From Nannocystis sp. RBIL2 (GTDB lineage Bacteria; Myxococcota_A; Polyangia; Nannocystales; Nannocystaceae): 64,000 nt of DNA. The position numbers and the translations under genes were made by a program. The notes beneath the pieces are model-generated. The model was not told the origin of the DNA. It saw nothing but the letters and a program-made list of their open reading frames with translations, and did no database searches. Position 1 is the stretch's first letter. Each line of letters begins with the position of its first letter. Below, piece after piece: positions 42,643-52,245 of the stretch. The stretch is from contig NZ_JAPNJW010000001.1 of the NCBI RefSeq assembly GCF_026626745.1, positions 972,311-1,036,310 of the forward strand. Direction: 5' to 3'.

Positions 42643-44487
42643 TCAGCGCACCTCGGCCGCCACCCGCAGCACTCCCGGCTGCGGGTAGCTGATCGCCAGA
42701 TCGGCCAGCTCCAGCCCCCCGTCGCGCAGCGCTCGCGTGCCGTCGCGGAGCAGCGCCCGCACCTGGATCCCCGGCAGTCCCGCGGCGCCTGGAGCCAGCA
42801 GCGCGTCGAGCCGGGCCTCGACGTCGCCCATCTCGAGCAGCGCGGCGAAGCACGGCCACAGCGCCCCCGCGCGGGCGCACGACAGGCGCAGGCGGTCGAT
42901 CGTCCCGGCCAGCGCAAGGCGCCCGCGCCCCGCGTCCCAGTGCGGGCGCACGAACCCGCGCCCTGCGACCAGCACCTCGCCGGGGTCCTCGCCCTCCCTG
43001 CCGGTCAGCCCCAGCCGCAGCCCGGCGACAGTCAGGGCCCAGCCGTCACCTGTCCCCGGGGACAGCGACGGCGGCAGCCGGACCTCGATCTCCGCCAGGC
43101 CGAGCGTCGTCCACTCGCCGAGCGCCTCGTCGACCCGCTCGACCCACTGCGCCCGCCCCATCAAATCGCCGAGCAGCCCGTTGGCGGTCCACGCGTCGAG
43201 CAGCGCGTCGACAGTGTCGAGGCTCAGCTCGACCTCCGCGTCGGCAGTCGGCGCAACCGGCCGCAGCGGCGGCAGCTCGAGCCCGTGCCGCGCCGGCCCC
43301 GGGATGGCCGCCAGCCGCGTGCGCACCCGGCTCGCCTCCTGGCTGGTCTTCGGGTCAGGTTTATCTGGCCGTACGGACAGGTGGGCCGCGATCCCGCCCG
43401 ACTCGATGGCCACCGCGCAGAACGCCAGGGTCGCCCGCGAGCGCGGCTCGCCGACGATCAGCTCGGCGCGCTCGGGGATCAGCGGGATCGCGCTCGCCAC
43501 CGCCAGGGCCGCGGTCAGCTGCGTCTCGACCTCCTGCCGCGCGCGCCGGTCGATGTAGCCGTCAGCCAGCGCGTAGCCGGCCAGCGCCCCGAGCGGCGCC
43601 AGCGGCCCCGTCACGAGCGCCCCCAGCCCCGCCGCGCCGAGCGTCGCCCGCGTGCGCAGCGTCCCCGTGAACTCGACCGGCCCGAGCGAGGCCAGGCGCA
43701 CGCCCAGCTGGCGCGGCCCGGCCACCCGCACCTCGAGCGCGCCGGACACCGCGATCCGGTGCTCGCCGGCCAGCGCCACGCGGAACCACAGCGCGTCGCC
43801 CCGCAGCGTCACGCTCGCCTCCTCGAGCGTCGTCCCCGGCCCGAGCAGCCCGATCGACGGCGCCGCCGCCAGCAGCTTCTCACGCAGCGGCGGCAGCACC
43901 AGCCGATCGATCGCCCTCGCCGCCACCCGGACCCCCGCGCCGCAGCCCGGCGAGTCGTCGTAGCGGGCGCGGAACGGCCCGACCAGCGCCGCGTCGGTCG
44001 CCACCTCGGCGCCGCCCTGCCGCGGCAGCTCGACCTCGATCAGCCGCAGCCCCGGCGCGTCGCCCAGCGCGACCGAGAGTGTCCCATCCGACATGTTCTC
44101 ATAAACATGTCCCTCAGGACCGCTGCCACTCATCCCGTCGTCACGCCCAGCAGCCTCTGCGACTCGGGGCATGTCCGCGAGAGCATGTCCTCTCGAATCA
44201 TCGCGCGCCGCGAACATGTCCTTTTGCGCATGTCCTTCAGGACCGGCGCGGACCTCCCCGTCGACCCGCACCACCGCCCGCGCCGCCAGCTCCGGCGGGA
44301 CCCCGCGCCCCGACCAGCGCCCGTCCGCCGCCGGCGCGTGCGGGCTTGCGACCTCGACGCGGAAAGGCTCGGCGGCGGCCGCCTCGATCAGCGCCCCGCG
44401 CCCGGCGGCCAGCAGCGCACCCGCCAGCGCCAGGCCGGCCAGGCCGGCCATCGACGCGAGCCGCCACTTATCCTCCGCGAGCGCCAT
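42643..44487 (-). CDS. Hypothetical membrane-anchored protein downstream of the MlaFE-like transporter (possible MlaD/MCE analogue), carrying a 171-bp in-frame repeat-array insert
   Basis: N-terminal TM anchor MAGLAGLALAGALLAAG. Codons ~78-135 are encoded by GGACATGTCC array 44085-44255 (GHAQKDMF...GHVYENMSDG). An alternative start is ATG 44084 (MSDGTLSV). Confidence 0.5.
   Translation of the reverse strand: MALAEDKWRLASMAGLAGLALAGALLAAGRGALIEAAAAEPFRVEVASPHAPAADGRWSGRGVPPELAARAVVRVDGEVRAGPEGHAQKDMFAARDDSRGHALADMPRVAEAAGRDDGMSGSGPEGHVYENMSDGTLSVALGDAPGLRLIEVELPRQGGAEVATDAALVGPFRARYDDSPGCGAGVRVAARAIDRLVLPPLREKLLAAAPSIGLLGPGTTLEEASVTLRGDALWFRVALAGEHRIAVSGALEVRVAGPRQLGVRLASLGPVEFTGTLRTRATLGAAGLGALVTGPLAPLGALAGYALADGYIDRRARQEVETQLTAALAVASAIPLIPERAELIVGEPRSRATLAFCAVAIESGGIAAHLSVRPDKPDPKTSQEASRVRTRLAAIPGPARHGLELPPLRPVAPTADAEVELSLDTVDALLDAWTANGLLGDLMGRAQWVERVDEALGEWTTLGLAEIEVRLPPSLSPGTGDGWALTVAGLRLGLTGREGEDPGEVLVAGRGFVRPHWDAGRGRLALAGTIDRLRLSCARAGALWPCFAALLEMGDVEARLDALLAPGAAGLPGIQVRALLRDGTRALRDGGLELADLAISYPQPGVLRVAAEVR
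44085..44255. repeat. GGACATGTCC-family composite array (171 bp = 57 codons) in-frame within a CDS
   Basis: CATG at 44092, 44106, 44170, 44186, 44215, 44229; palindromes ATGTCCctcaGGACC and ATGTCCttcaGGACC. Confidence 0.8.
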
Positions 44488-46081
44488 ACAGCACGACCAG
44501 CGACGCCAGCTCGAGCGCCACCACCCACAGCGTACAGGCCATCACGCTGCGGACCATCGCCGCGGTCACTGCGTCGGCGCTGGCCTTGTCGCTCGACCCC
44601 TTCGCCACCGCGTCCGCCGCGATCCCGCCGGCGTAGAGCGCGACGAGCACCAGCGCGCGCGCGCGGAACGGCGCGCGCGCGGCCGGCGGATCGAGCAAGT
44701 CGGCGGTGACGACCAGCCACGGGTCGGCGAGCGCCGGCACCTGCAGCTTCAAGTAGAGCAGCCCGCCGAGCACCATCCCGCCGGTGAACACCCCCGCCAG
44801 CACCACGTACGCCAGCGCCAGCCCGAGCACCGCCGGCAGCCACAAGTAGCGCGCTTCGGCGATCCCGAGCCCGCGCAGCGCCGCAGTCTGGCGCGTCAGC
44901 GACATCCCGCCGAGCCAGGCCGCGACCGCGCTGCCCGACGTCGCCGCGAACAGGATCGCCGACAGCGGCGGCGCCAGAGCCAGCACGTGCATCGACCCGA
45001 TCAGCGCGAAGATCTTGTCCGGCCGCACCGGCACCCCGCCGCCCGAGAACGCGCGGTGGAAGATGTACAGCAGGGTGAAGCCGACCAGCAGCGACACCGC
45101 GGCGATGAAACCGAGCGGGCGCCACAGGCCCTGCGCGAAGGTCACCCGCGCCACCTCGGCGAAGTCGCGCGGGCGAGCCAGCGCCGCCGGGGCGGCCGCC
45201 AGAGCCCGGGCCAGCACCGCGAACGGCGCCAACATGTCCCCGAGGACAGCTCGCAGCCGCGCCCCCAGCCGCCGCCGCGGTCGCCCGCCCGCCTGACCTG
45301 TCTCTTTGGCCAGCAGCTCGCGCAGCGCCGCCCCGAGCGCCGCGACCGTCGCCGCCGCAGTCTCGCCGCGCGCGATCGGCAGCTCGACGAGGCGCCCCGC
45401 CGCCGGGTCGAGGTAGAGGAAGCGATCGGCGAAGCCGGCCGCGAACTCGAGGTCGTGGGTGATCGCCAGCGCGGCCGCGCTCTGGCCGGCGATCTGCCCG
45501 CGCAGGGCCGCTGCGAGGCGATCGACGCGCAGCGGATCGAGCCCGACCGACGGCTCGTCGAGCAGCAAGATCCGCCGCCCGCCCGCGAGCGTGCGCGCGA
45601 CGGCCAGGCGCTGCGCCTCGCCGCCGCTGACGTGCGCGACCGCCTGCGCCTGGTCGCTCCAGCGCCGCGGCAGGTCGAGCGCGGCGATCCAGCGCTCGAC
45701 CTCCTGCGGCGTGGCGGACACCGGCTGCTCGGCGTTGCGCAGCGCCAGGGCGATGTTGCCGGAAGCGCTCAGGTGGTCGAGCAGCGCCCCGCGCTGCGGC
45801 ACGATCCCGACCGCGCCGGCCGCCGTGAACGTGGCCGCCCGGACCGCGAAGCCGCGCGCTCGCAGGCCGTCCGCGTCGTGCAGCGCCGCCATCAGCGTCG
45901 ACTTGCCGGCCCCGCTGGCGCCGAACACCGCCGCGGTCTCGCCGGCCCGCAGCGTCAGCGTCAGCGCCTCGACCAGCGGCGCGCCGTCGGGCCGCGCGAT
46001 CGTCAGCCCCTCGACGCGCAGCAGCACCGGCCGGTCCTCGCCCCGCCGCTCCGCCCCGGTCTCGCCGCCGCCCGCGCTCAC
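44468..46081 (-). CDS. Fused ABC transporter ATP-binding protein and MlaE-like permease
   Basis: Walker A GASGAGKST, signature VSGGEAQRLAVART, Walker B ILLLDEP; C-terminal half has MlaE/DUF140-like TM helices. Confidence 0.8.
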   Translation of the reverse strand: MSAGGGETGAERRGEDRPVLLRVEGLTIARPDGAPLVEALTLTLRAGETAAVFGASGAGKSTLMAALHDADGLRARGFAVRAATFTAAGAVGIVPQRGALLDHLSASGNIALALRNAEQPVSATPQEVERWIAALDLPRRWSDQAQAVAHVSGGEAQRLAVARTLAGGRRILLLDEPSVGLDPLRVDRLAAALRGQIAGQSAAALAITHDLEFAAGFADRFLYLDPAAGRLVELPIARGETAAATVAALGAALRELLAKETGQAGGRPRRRLGARLRAVLGDMLAPFAVLARALAAAPAALARPRDFAEVARVTFAQGLWRPLGFIAAVSLLVGFTLLYIFHRAFSGGGVPVRPDKIFALIGSMHVLALAPPLSAILFAATSGSAVAAWLGGMSLTRQTAALRGLGIAEARYLWLPAVLGLALAYVVLAGVFTGGMVLGGLLYLKLQVPALADPWLVVTADLLDPPAARAPFRARALVLVALYAGGIAADAVAKGSSDKASADAVTAAMVRSVMACTLWVVALELASLVVLYGARGG

Positions 46082-46150
46082 CTCAACCTGCCCCTTCGAC
46101 CCTGTCGCTTCGGACCTGGCCCTTCACACATGTCGCAAAGTCAAGACAGA
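46082..46150. repeat. Degenerate 14-bp phased array (CCTG/CATG at 46087, 46101, 46115, 46129, 46143)
   Basis: aaCCTGCCCcttcgacCCTGTCGcttcggaCCTGGCCcttcacaCATGTCGcaaagtCAAGACAG. Confidence 0.6.
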
Positions 46151-46172
46151 CCGCGGCGCTCGCAGCCCCGGC

Positions 46173-47000
46173 TCACTCCGCCAGCCAGGCCTGCAGGCGC
46201 TCCGCGTGGCGCTCCGGCAGCTCGATGCCGGGATTCCGGATCTCCGGCACCGCCGCCCCGTGGAAGTCCGAGCCGCCGGTGACCACCAGCTCGCGCCGCT
46301 TGGCCACGTTCAGCCACAGCCCGCGCTCCTGCGCCCCGTAGCGGCCGTAGTAGGCCTCGATGCCCTCGAGCCCGGCCGACCTGTACTGCGCGAACATCTC
46401 GTCGACGAGCTGGGGCGAGCGCAGCGTGTGCGGATGGGCCAGCGACATCTTCGCCCCCGAGTTGCGGCCGAGGCGGAGGCCGTCGTCGAGCGACACGCGC
46501 TCGAGCGCGACGTCGGCCGGGCCGCCGTCGTGGAGGTAGCGCTCGAACGCCTCGCGCTGCGAGCGGACCACCCCGGCCTCGACCAGCGCGCGGGCCACGT
46601 CGGGCCGGCCGGGCGTGTGGCCGTGGGTGGCGATCAGGATCTTCTCGCCGTCGAGCTTGACCCCGAGCCGGCGCAGGCGGGCGATGATCGCCTTGAGCCG
46701 CGTGCGCCTGTCCTCGAGGACATGTTCGAGCTTGCCCTGCAGCGCAGTCAGCCCGGTCCCCTCGCGGACCCCGTAGATCAGCAGGTGGACCGTCTTGCCG
46801 GCGTGGCGGCAGCTCAGCTCGACCCCGCGCAGCACCCGGGTGTTCGGCAGCGCCGCCGCCGTCGCCTCGTAGCCGGCCACCGAGTCATGGTCGGTCAGGC
46901 AGAACAGCTGCACGCCCTCGGCCTGCGCCCGCGTCGCCACCTCGGTCGGCGACAGGCTGCCGTCCGAGCACGTCGAGTGGCAGTGCAGGTCGACGCGCAT
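46173..47000 (-). CDS. PHP domain (polymerase/histidinol-phosphatase-like) metal-dependent phosphoesterase
   Basis: MRVDLHCHSTCSDGSLSP...LTDHD motifs. The start at 47000 overlaps the ppx stop. The ORF track extension to 47150 is unlikely. Confidence 0.8.
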   Translation of the reverse strand: MRVDLHCHSTCSDGSLSPTEVATRAQAEGVQLFCLTDHDSVAGYEATAAALPNTRVLRGVELSCRHAGKTVHLLIYGVREGTGLTALQGKLEHVLEDRRTRLKAIIARLRRLGVKLDGEKILIATHGHTPGRPDVARALVEAGVVRSQREAFERYLHDGGPADVALERVSLDDGLRLGRNSGAKMSLAHPHTLRSPQLVDEMFAQYRSAGLEGIEAYYGRYGAQERGLWLNVAKRRELVVTGGSDFHGAAVPEIRNPGIELPERHAERLQAWLAE

Positions 47001-47950
47001 CAATCCCTCTCGATCAGCGCGTAGCGCAGGCCGCGGTCGCGCACGACCAGGCTGGTGGCGCCGCAGTGCTGCATCGCCGCCACCAGGATCGTCAGCCCCG
47101 CGACGATCACGTCGGCGCGCGCCGGGTCGAGCGCGGGCCACAGGCGGCACCGCTCCGCGGCCGTCACCTGCGCCGCGCGGTCGCGGAGGTCGCGGACCTG
47201 GACGTAGGCGAACGCGGTGGCGTCGACCGCCTCGCGCTCATAGGCCGGCAGCTCGCGCAGCATCGCCGCAGCGGTCGTGACGGTGCCCGCGAGGCCGGTG
47301 AGGATCGGGTACGGCTCGAGCGGCTGCCCGCGCCGGAACGTGTCCAGCGCTTCGAGCTCGATCTGCGCCACCTCGGCCGGCTCCGGCGGATCGTGCGACA
47401 CGAACCGCTCGTACAGCCGCACCGCGCCGATCGGGTGCGACACCGACGAGACCAGCTGCTCGCCCTCGCCCACGGCCAGCTCGGTCGAGCCGCCGCCGAT
47501 GTCGAGCACGCGCAGCGGCCCGGCCGAGCCGGTCTCCTGCGCCACCGAGCGGAACGACAGCTCGGCCTCCTCCGCGCCGCTGAGCAGCCGTACCGGCGCG
47601 CCGAGCACCTCGGCCGCGGGCCGCAGGAAGTCGTCGCGGTTGGTGGCCAGGCGCACGCCCTCGGTCGTGACCGCCAGCGGCGTCGCGCCGTACTGCGCCG
47701 CGGTCTCGCGGTACTGCTTCAGCACCGCGAGCGTGCGCGCGATCGACTCCGGCGCCAGCACGCCGGTCGCGGCCACGCCCTTGCCAAGGCGGGTGATCGT
47801 CGCCTGGTCGAGCGCGATCTCGATGTCCTGGCCGCGCCAGCGGGCGACGAGCAGCAGGACGCTGTTGGTCCCGATATCGATGACCGCGCGCCAGGATCCT
47901 TGCGGATCCGCGGCGCGCGGCGTCGCAGGCTCACCTGAGTTTGGGGACAT
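47000..47950 (-). CDS. ppx: Ppx/GppA family exopolyphosphatase / guanosine pentaphosphate phosphohydrolase
   Basis: AVIDIGTNSVLLLVA ... LDIGGGSTEL ASKHA-fold motifs. Confidence 0.8.
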   Translation of the reverse strand: MSPNSGEPATPRAADPQGSWRAVIDIGTNSVLLLVARWRGQDIEIALDQATITRLGKGVAATGVLAPESIARTLAVLKQYRETAAQYGATPLAVTTEGVRLATNRDDFLRPAAEVLGAPVRLLSGAEEAELSFRSVAQETGSAGPLRVLDIGGGSTELAVGEGEQLVSSVSHPIGAVRLYERFVSHDPPEPAEVAQIELEALDTFRRGQPLEPYPILTGLAGTVTTAAAMLRELPAYEREAVDATAFAYVQVRDLRDRAAQVTAAERCRLWPALDPARADVIVAGLTILVAAMQHCGATSLVVRDRGLRYALIERD

Positions 47951-47962
47951 GTCCCGAAGGAC

Positions 47963-49237
47963 CTACTCGTTGCGCGGGCCCCAGTCGGGCGTGGTGCCGG
48001 CCTTGGCGATGACCTGCTGGTTGTTGCCCTTGTCGTTGGCGACGACGATGCCGCCGACGGTCGACTGGAACGCGATCATGCGGCCGTCGGGCGACCAGCT
48101 CGGGTCGAGGTTGCGGCCCGGGTTCTGGGTCAGGCGCGCCAGCTTGCCGCTGCCGACGTCGATCGAGAAGATGTCGTAGCGGTTGGAGTTGTCGCGGCCG
48201 GCGTAGGCGACGAGGTTGGCGCGGGCGCCCTGACCGGGGTTCCAGTCGGGCGTCTGGTTGTAGCTGCCCTGCTTGGTCAGGCGGGTCGCGCCGGCGCCGT
48301 TGGAGCCCATGCGGAACACCTGCGGGCCGCCCGAGCGGCTCGACACGAACGCGAGCTGGTTCGAGCCCGGGCTCCACGTCGGCGAGCCGTCGATCGCCGC
48401 GTTGTTGGTGAGGCGGGCCTTGATCGTGCCGCCCGTGTCGATGAGGTAGATCTCGGAGTTGCCGTCCTTCGACAGCGTCAGCGCGATGCTCGAGCCGTCG
48501 GGGCTCATCACGCCGCCGAGGTTGAGGCCGCGCTGGGTGCTGATCCGGCTCAGCGAGCCGCCCGAGCTCATCCACAGGTCGGGGTTGCGCTTGGCGTAGG
48601 AGGTGAAGAGCACCTGCCCGCCGGGGCCGATCGACGGCGAGATGTTGAGCGAGCGGTTGTTGGTGATCGAGGCCGGCGACTCGCCGTTCATCTCGACCGT
48701 GAAGACGTTCTTCGTGACCGTCGGCGTGCGGTTGGTGCGGACGAACGCGATGCGCGAGCCGAACACACCCGGGATCTTGGTGTAGTGCTCGATCACGTCG
48801 TTCATGAACCGGTTCGCGGCCTTGAGCGGGTCGTTGGCCGCGTAGCCGCGCGACAGCACCGGCTTGCCGCCGGCGCCCATGTCGAACAGGCGGAACTTGA
48901 ACTGACCGCCGACCTCGTCGGCGAGGATCACGGCCTGGGCGCCGATGTCCTGCCAGCCCTTCTGGTCGAAGTCGTTGGCCTTGATCAGCGCGGCCGGGAT
49001 GCTGCGCCGGTCGATGACCTCGAAGCCGCTCGAGATCAACGCGTTCTTGCGCAGGATGTCGCCGATGCGGCCGTCGGCCGGGACCGCGAGACGCAGCAGC
49101 GTGAACCCGCCGCCGAGGTCGACCTCCGAGCCCGCGGCCGGAGCCGCGTTGGCCAGGGCCGGCTGTTTGCCCGCGTAAAACGAGGCGCTGAGCAGGAGGG
49201 TGGCGAGGAAAGAAGTTCCGAGCAGGGTCCGCTTCAT
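47963..49237 (-). CDS. tolB: Tol-Pal system beta-propeller protein TolB
   Basis: ATG at 49237 (MKRTLLGTSFLATLLLSAS signal). TolB N-domain plus WD-like propeller repeats (PSWSPDG, PTWSPGS). Confidence 0.85.
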   Translation of the reverse strand: MKRTLLGTSFLATLLLSASFYAGKQPALANAAPAAGSEVDLGGGFTLLRLAVPADGRIGDILRKNALISSGFEVIDRRSIPAALIKANDFDQKGWQDIGAQAVILADEVGGQFKFRLFDMGAGGKPVLSRGYAANDPLKAANRFMNDVIEHYTKIPGVFGSRIAFVRTNRTPTVTKNVFTVEMNGESPASITNNRSLNISPSIGPGGQVLFTSYAKRNPDLWMSSGGSLSRISTQRGLNLGGVMSPDGSSIALTLSKDGNSEIYLIDTGGTIKARLTNNAAIDGSPTWSPGSNQLAFVSSRSGGPQVFRMGSNGAGATRLTKQGSYNQTPDWNPGQGARANLVAYAGRDNSNRYDIFSIDVGSGKLARLTQNPGRNLDPSWSPDGRMIAFQSTVGGIVVANDKGNNQQVIAKAGTTPDWGPRNE

Positions 49238-49450
49238 GGGCGATGGCACCTTCTGAGCGTGCCAACCATACCCGCCAGTCAAGCCCTGGGGAACCCCCCC
49301 GCGGGCCAATTGTGGCCCTTTCAGCCACGACCTCGCTGGGGGCCCGCTGCACCGCCCAGCCGCCGCAACCGGCCGAACGACGGCACAGCCGGCCGCTCGC
49401 GGACAAAATGTCAACCGCGGCGGCGCCGGATCACGGCTAGGCCCGCTGGC

Positions 49451-50305
49451 CTACTTGACCGCGCCGGCGCCTGCACCCTTGCCGCGCCACGTGAACTCGT
49501 ACTGGATCTTCTTGCACTTGCCCTTGAGCAAGTCGGCCACGCCCGCGGGCACGCTGACCTTGAGGCCGTCGATGGTGCTCTTGATCCGCGCGTCCAGCGT
49601 GGTGTCGCCCGTGCCTTCCTTCTTCTGGGCCGACAGCCGGCCATCGGGGCAGACCTCGAGGCGGAACTTGTAGGTCGCGTCCTTGCCCTCGGCGCCGAAG
49701 GTGCCGACCTTCATGCCGTTCAGCACCTTCATGACCTCGGTGGCCCACGGGTCGCCTTCTTTGTGGGTGTCGGACCAGCCGTCCGCCGAGCCGAACGGAT
49801 CGCCGGGCAACTGCTTGACCGTCGGCAGATCGTTGTGCGGCGTGTTGGAGTCCTGATTCTTGTCGGACTCCTTGGCGCCCTTCTTGTTGGGGTCGGGCTT
49901 CTCGGTCGACTTGGTGTCGTTCTTCTTCGGCTCGTTCTTCTTCGGCTCGGTGGTCGGCTTCGCCTTGTCGTCGGTGGTCACCGTCGTCTCGGCGGCTTGC
50001 TCGGCCGCGACCGTCTTCTCGACGATGATCTTCTCCGGGATCTGCGTCGGGTCGAGCTTGGGCCCGAGCCGCACCAGCTCGCCGGGCATGAACTCCATCT
50101 CGAGCTCGTCGTCGTCCTCTTCGGCCGAGACCTCGAAGGTCGGCCCGAACATCACCAGCGCGGCCACTCCGCCGGTGAGCAACGCCGAGCCCAGCAGGCT
50201 GCCGAAGAACGCCGTCGGGTTGCGCAGGATGTCGCCGAACTGGCGGCCCAGCTCGACGAACGGCGACAGCAGCATCGGCACGGTGCGGACTTTGATCTCG
50301 GACAT
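49451..50305 (-). CDS. TolA/TonB-family cell-envelope protein (TM anchor, Lys/Glu-rich linker, C-terminal domain)
   Basis: N-terminal TM, charged Pro/Lys linker (EPKKNEPKKNDTK); position between tolR and tolB. Confidence 0.6.
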   Translation of the reverse strand: MSEIKVRTVPMLLSPFVELGRQFGDILRNPTAFFGSLLGSALLTGGVAALVMFGPTFEVSAEEDDDELEMEFMPGELVRLGPKLDPTQIPEKIIVEKTVAAEQAAETTVTTDDKAKPTTEPKKNEPKKNDTKSTEKPDPNKKGAKESDKNQDSNTPHNDLPTVKQLPGDPFGSADGWSDTHKEGDPWATEVMKVLNGMKVGTFGAEGKDATYKFRLEVCPDGRLSAQKKEGTGDTTLDARIKSTIDGLKVSVPAGVADLLKGKCKKIQYEFTWRGKGAGAGAVK

Positions 50306-50318
50306 CGCTCGTTCCCTC

Positions 50319-50765
50319 TCAGGTGCGCGGCGGGACCTTCGGATCGGTCAGGAAGCCGACCTTGGACACCCCGGCCGTACGCAACGCGACGAGCACCTCG
50401 ACGATCCGGCTGAAGTCGATGTTCGAGTCGCCCTGGATGAAGGCGACCCCGTCCTGCTTGAGGCGCGCGTTGCTGCTGAGCTCGTTGGCCATGGTCGCGG
50501 GGTCGCGCGAGAGCGCGACCGTGCCCATGAAGACGTCGCCCTTGGCGTCGACCGAGACGGTCGCCAGCAGGAATTGCTCCTGCGCGATCGCCTGCGCCTT
50601 GGCCTTCGGCACGTCGATCTTCTGCGGCTGCTTCGGCGCCATCATCGGCGTCGACACCATGAAGATGATGAGCAGACACAACATCACGTCGACCAGCGGC
50701 GTGACGTTGATCGCCGAGACCGGGCCTTCGCCCTGGATCGCGTCTGCTGTGACCTTGCTGCTCAT
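50319..50765 (-). CDS. tolR: ExbD/TolR family biopolymer transport protein
   Basis: INVTPLVDVMLCLLIIFM TM plus periplasmic domain. Confidence 0.85.
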   Translation of the reverse strand: MSSKVTADAIQGEGPVSAINVTPLVDVMLCLLIIFMVSTPMMAPKQPQKIDVPKAKAQAIAQEQFLLATVSVDAKGDVFMGTVALSRDPATMANELSSNARLKQDGVAFIQGDSNIDFSRIVEVLVALRTAGVSKVGFLTDPKVPPRT

Positions 50766-50795
50766 GCGTACACCGTGATCGTAGCAGGCGACCGA

Positions 50796-51500
50796 TTAGA
50801 AGAAGTGGCGCTTGACGATGTTGGTGTAGTCGCTGCCGAACGTCGTCATCTCGGCGCCCAGCACCTTGATGCGGCGGTTGAAGTAGTTGTACGCCATGAC
50901 CGCCGGGATCGCGCTCATCAGCGACGTCGCGGTCGCCACCAGCGCCTCGGCGATCGGGCCCGAGACGACGGCGAGGTCGGCGGAACCGGACGCGGCGATG
51001 GCCGAGAAGGCCTCCATGATGCCCCACACCGTGCCGAGCAGACCGACGAACGGCGCGGCCGAGCCGATGGTGGCCAGCAGCGGCATCAGGTTCTCGAGCT
51101 TGGTGGTCTCGCTGACCTTGGCGCGGGCCAGCGCGCGCTCGATGTTCTCGAGCCCGTCCATCTTCTCGTGCATCGAGCCGGTGGCCTCGTTCTGGCCCTT
51201 CTTGACCTTGGACAGCTCGATGTAGCCGGCGCGGAACATCGCCGCCAGCGGGCTGTACTTGAGCTGCTCGGCGACCCGATAGATGTCGTCGAGGCGCTTC
51301 GACTCCCAGAACCGGTCGAGGAACGTGATCGACTGCGACTGCGCCTGGCTGATGTGGATCAGCTTGTAGAGAATCACGAAGATCGTGGTGAAGATCGAGA
51401 TGACCAGCAGGATGGCGACCACGAGCACGAGGCCCTTGGCGCCGAACAGCAGGTGGATGATGTCGATCTCGGCGAGCAAGCTGGGCGCGGGAAGCAACAC
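50796..51500 (-). CDS. tolQ: MotA/TolQ/ExbB proton channel protein
   Basis: Three TM helices; conserved LLATIGSAAPFVGLLGTVWGIMEAF. Confidence 0.85.
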   Translation of the reverse strand: MLLPAPSLLAEIDIIHLLFGAKGLVLVVAILLVISIFTTIFVILYKLIHISQAQSQSITFLDRFWESKRLDDIYRVAEQLKYSPLAAMFRAGYIELSKVKKGQNEATGSMHEKMDGLENIERALARAKVSETTKLENLMPLLATIGSAAPFVGLLGTVWGIMEAFSAIAASGSADLAVVSGPIAEALVATATSLMSAIPAVMAYNYFNRRIKVLGAEMTTFGSDYTNIVKRHFF

Positions 51501-51591
51501 GCCGGCAGGCTACACGCCCCCGCCCGGCCCCGTCAAACCGCGGGCCGCCCCCGACGGTTACGGTTTTGCTATCCTCCCGGCCGTGCCTCGC

Positions 51592-52245
51592 CCCACCCAA
51601 GCGCTCGCGCCCGCGCCGGGCTCGCACCTGCGGCGGCGCCCGAGCCCGGCGGCGGGAGCGATCCTCGCGCTCGCCACCGCGGCCGCGTGCGTGCGCGACA
51701 AAGGCGAGGTCGAGCTCAATTGGACGGTCGTCGACGCCGCCGGCCGCTCGATCTTCCCCGCCGGCGAGCTGGACGACATCTGCGGGGGCAACGTCGGCGG
51801 CGACAAATTCGGCGACCTGTGCGGCTTCATCGGCCGCACCACCGTCGACGGCCCGCGCCGCCCCTACCGGCTGCGGGCGCAGCTCCGCCTGTGCGAGCCG
51901 GATTGCCCGGAGGCCTGCGCCACCGACGAGTCCTGCCAGATCGACGTCCTCACCTACGGCTGCGAGGCCGCCCGAGGGTTCTCCATCGTCGCCGCCCGCG
52001 AGGAGGAGCCCTACGACTTCGAGGTCGCGCTGGTCGCCGAGTTCGAGGACCAATGCGTCTGCGAGCTCGGCCCCGCCTGCGCCCTGACCCCCGGCCCGCG
52101 CACCCGCAAGGTCGAGCCGGGCCTCCTGACCGACCTGCAGGTCTACCTCTTCGTGCTCACGGGCCTCGACGCCTGCGTGCAGGAGCCGCCGGAGCAGGGT
52201 CGCACCGTCATGGACCTCGAAGGATGCTGCGAAGGCTGCTCCTAG
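51592..52245 (+). CDS. Cys-rich secreted lipoprotein (hypothetical)
   Basis: In-frame GTG at 51592; lipobox ALATAAAC; 14 Cys including a C-terminal CCEGC. The ORF track start at 51385 overlaps tolQ and is unlikely. Confidence 0.5.
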   Translation, partial: PTQALAPAPGSHLRRRPSPAAGAILALATAAACVRDKGEVELNWTVVDAAGRSIFPAGELDDICGGNVGGDKFGDLCGFIGRTTVDGPRRPYRLRAQLRLCEPDCPEACATDESCQIDVLTYGCEAARGFSIVAAREEEPYDFEVALVAEFEDQCVCELGPACALTPGPRTRKVEPGLLTDLQVYLFVLTGLDACVQEPPEQGRTVMDLEGCCEGCS

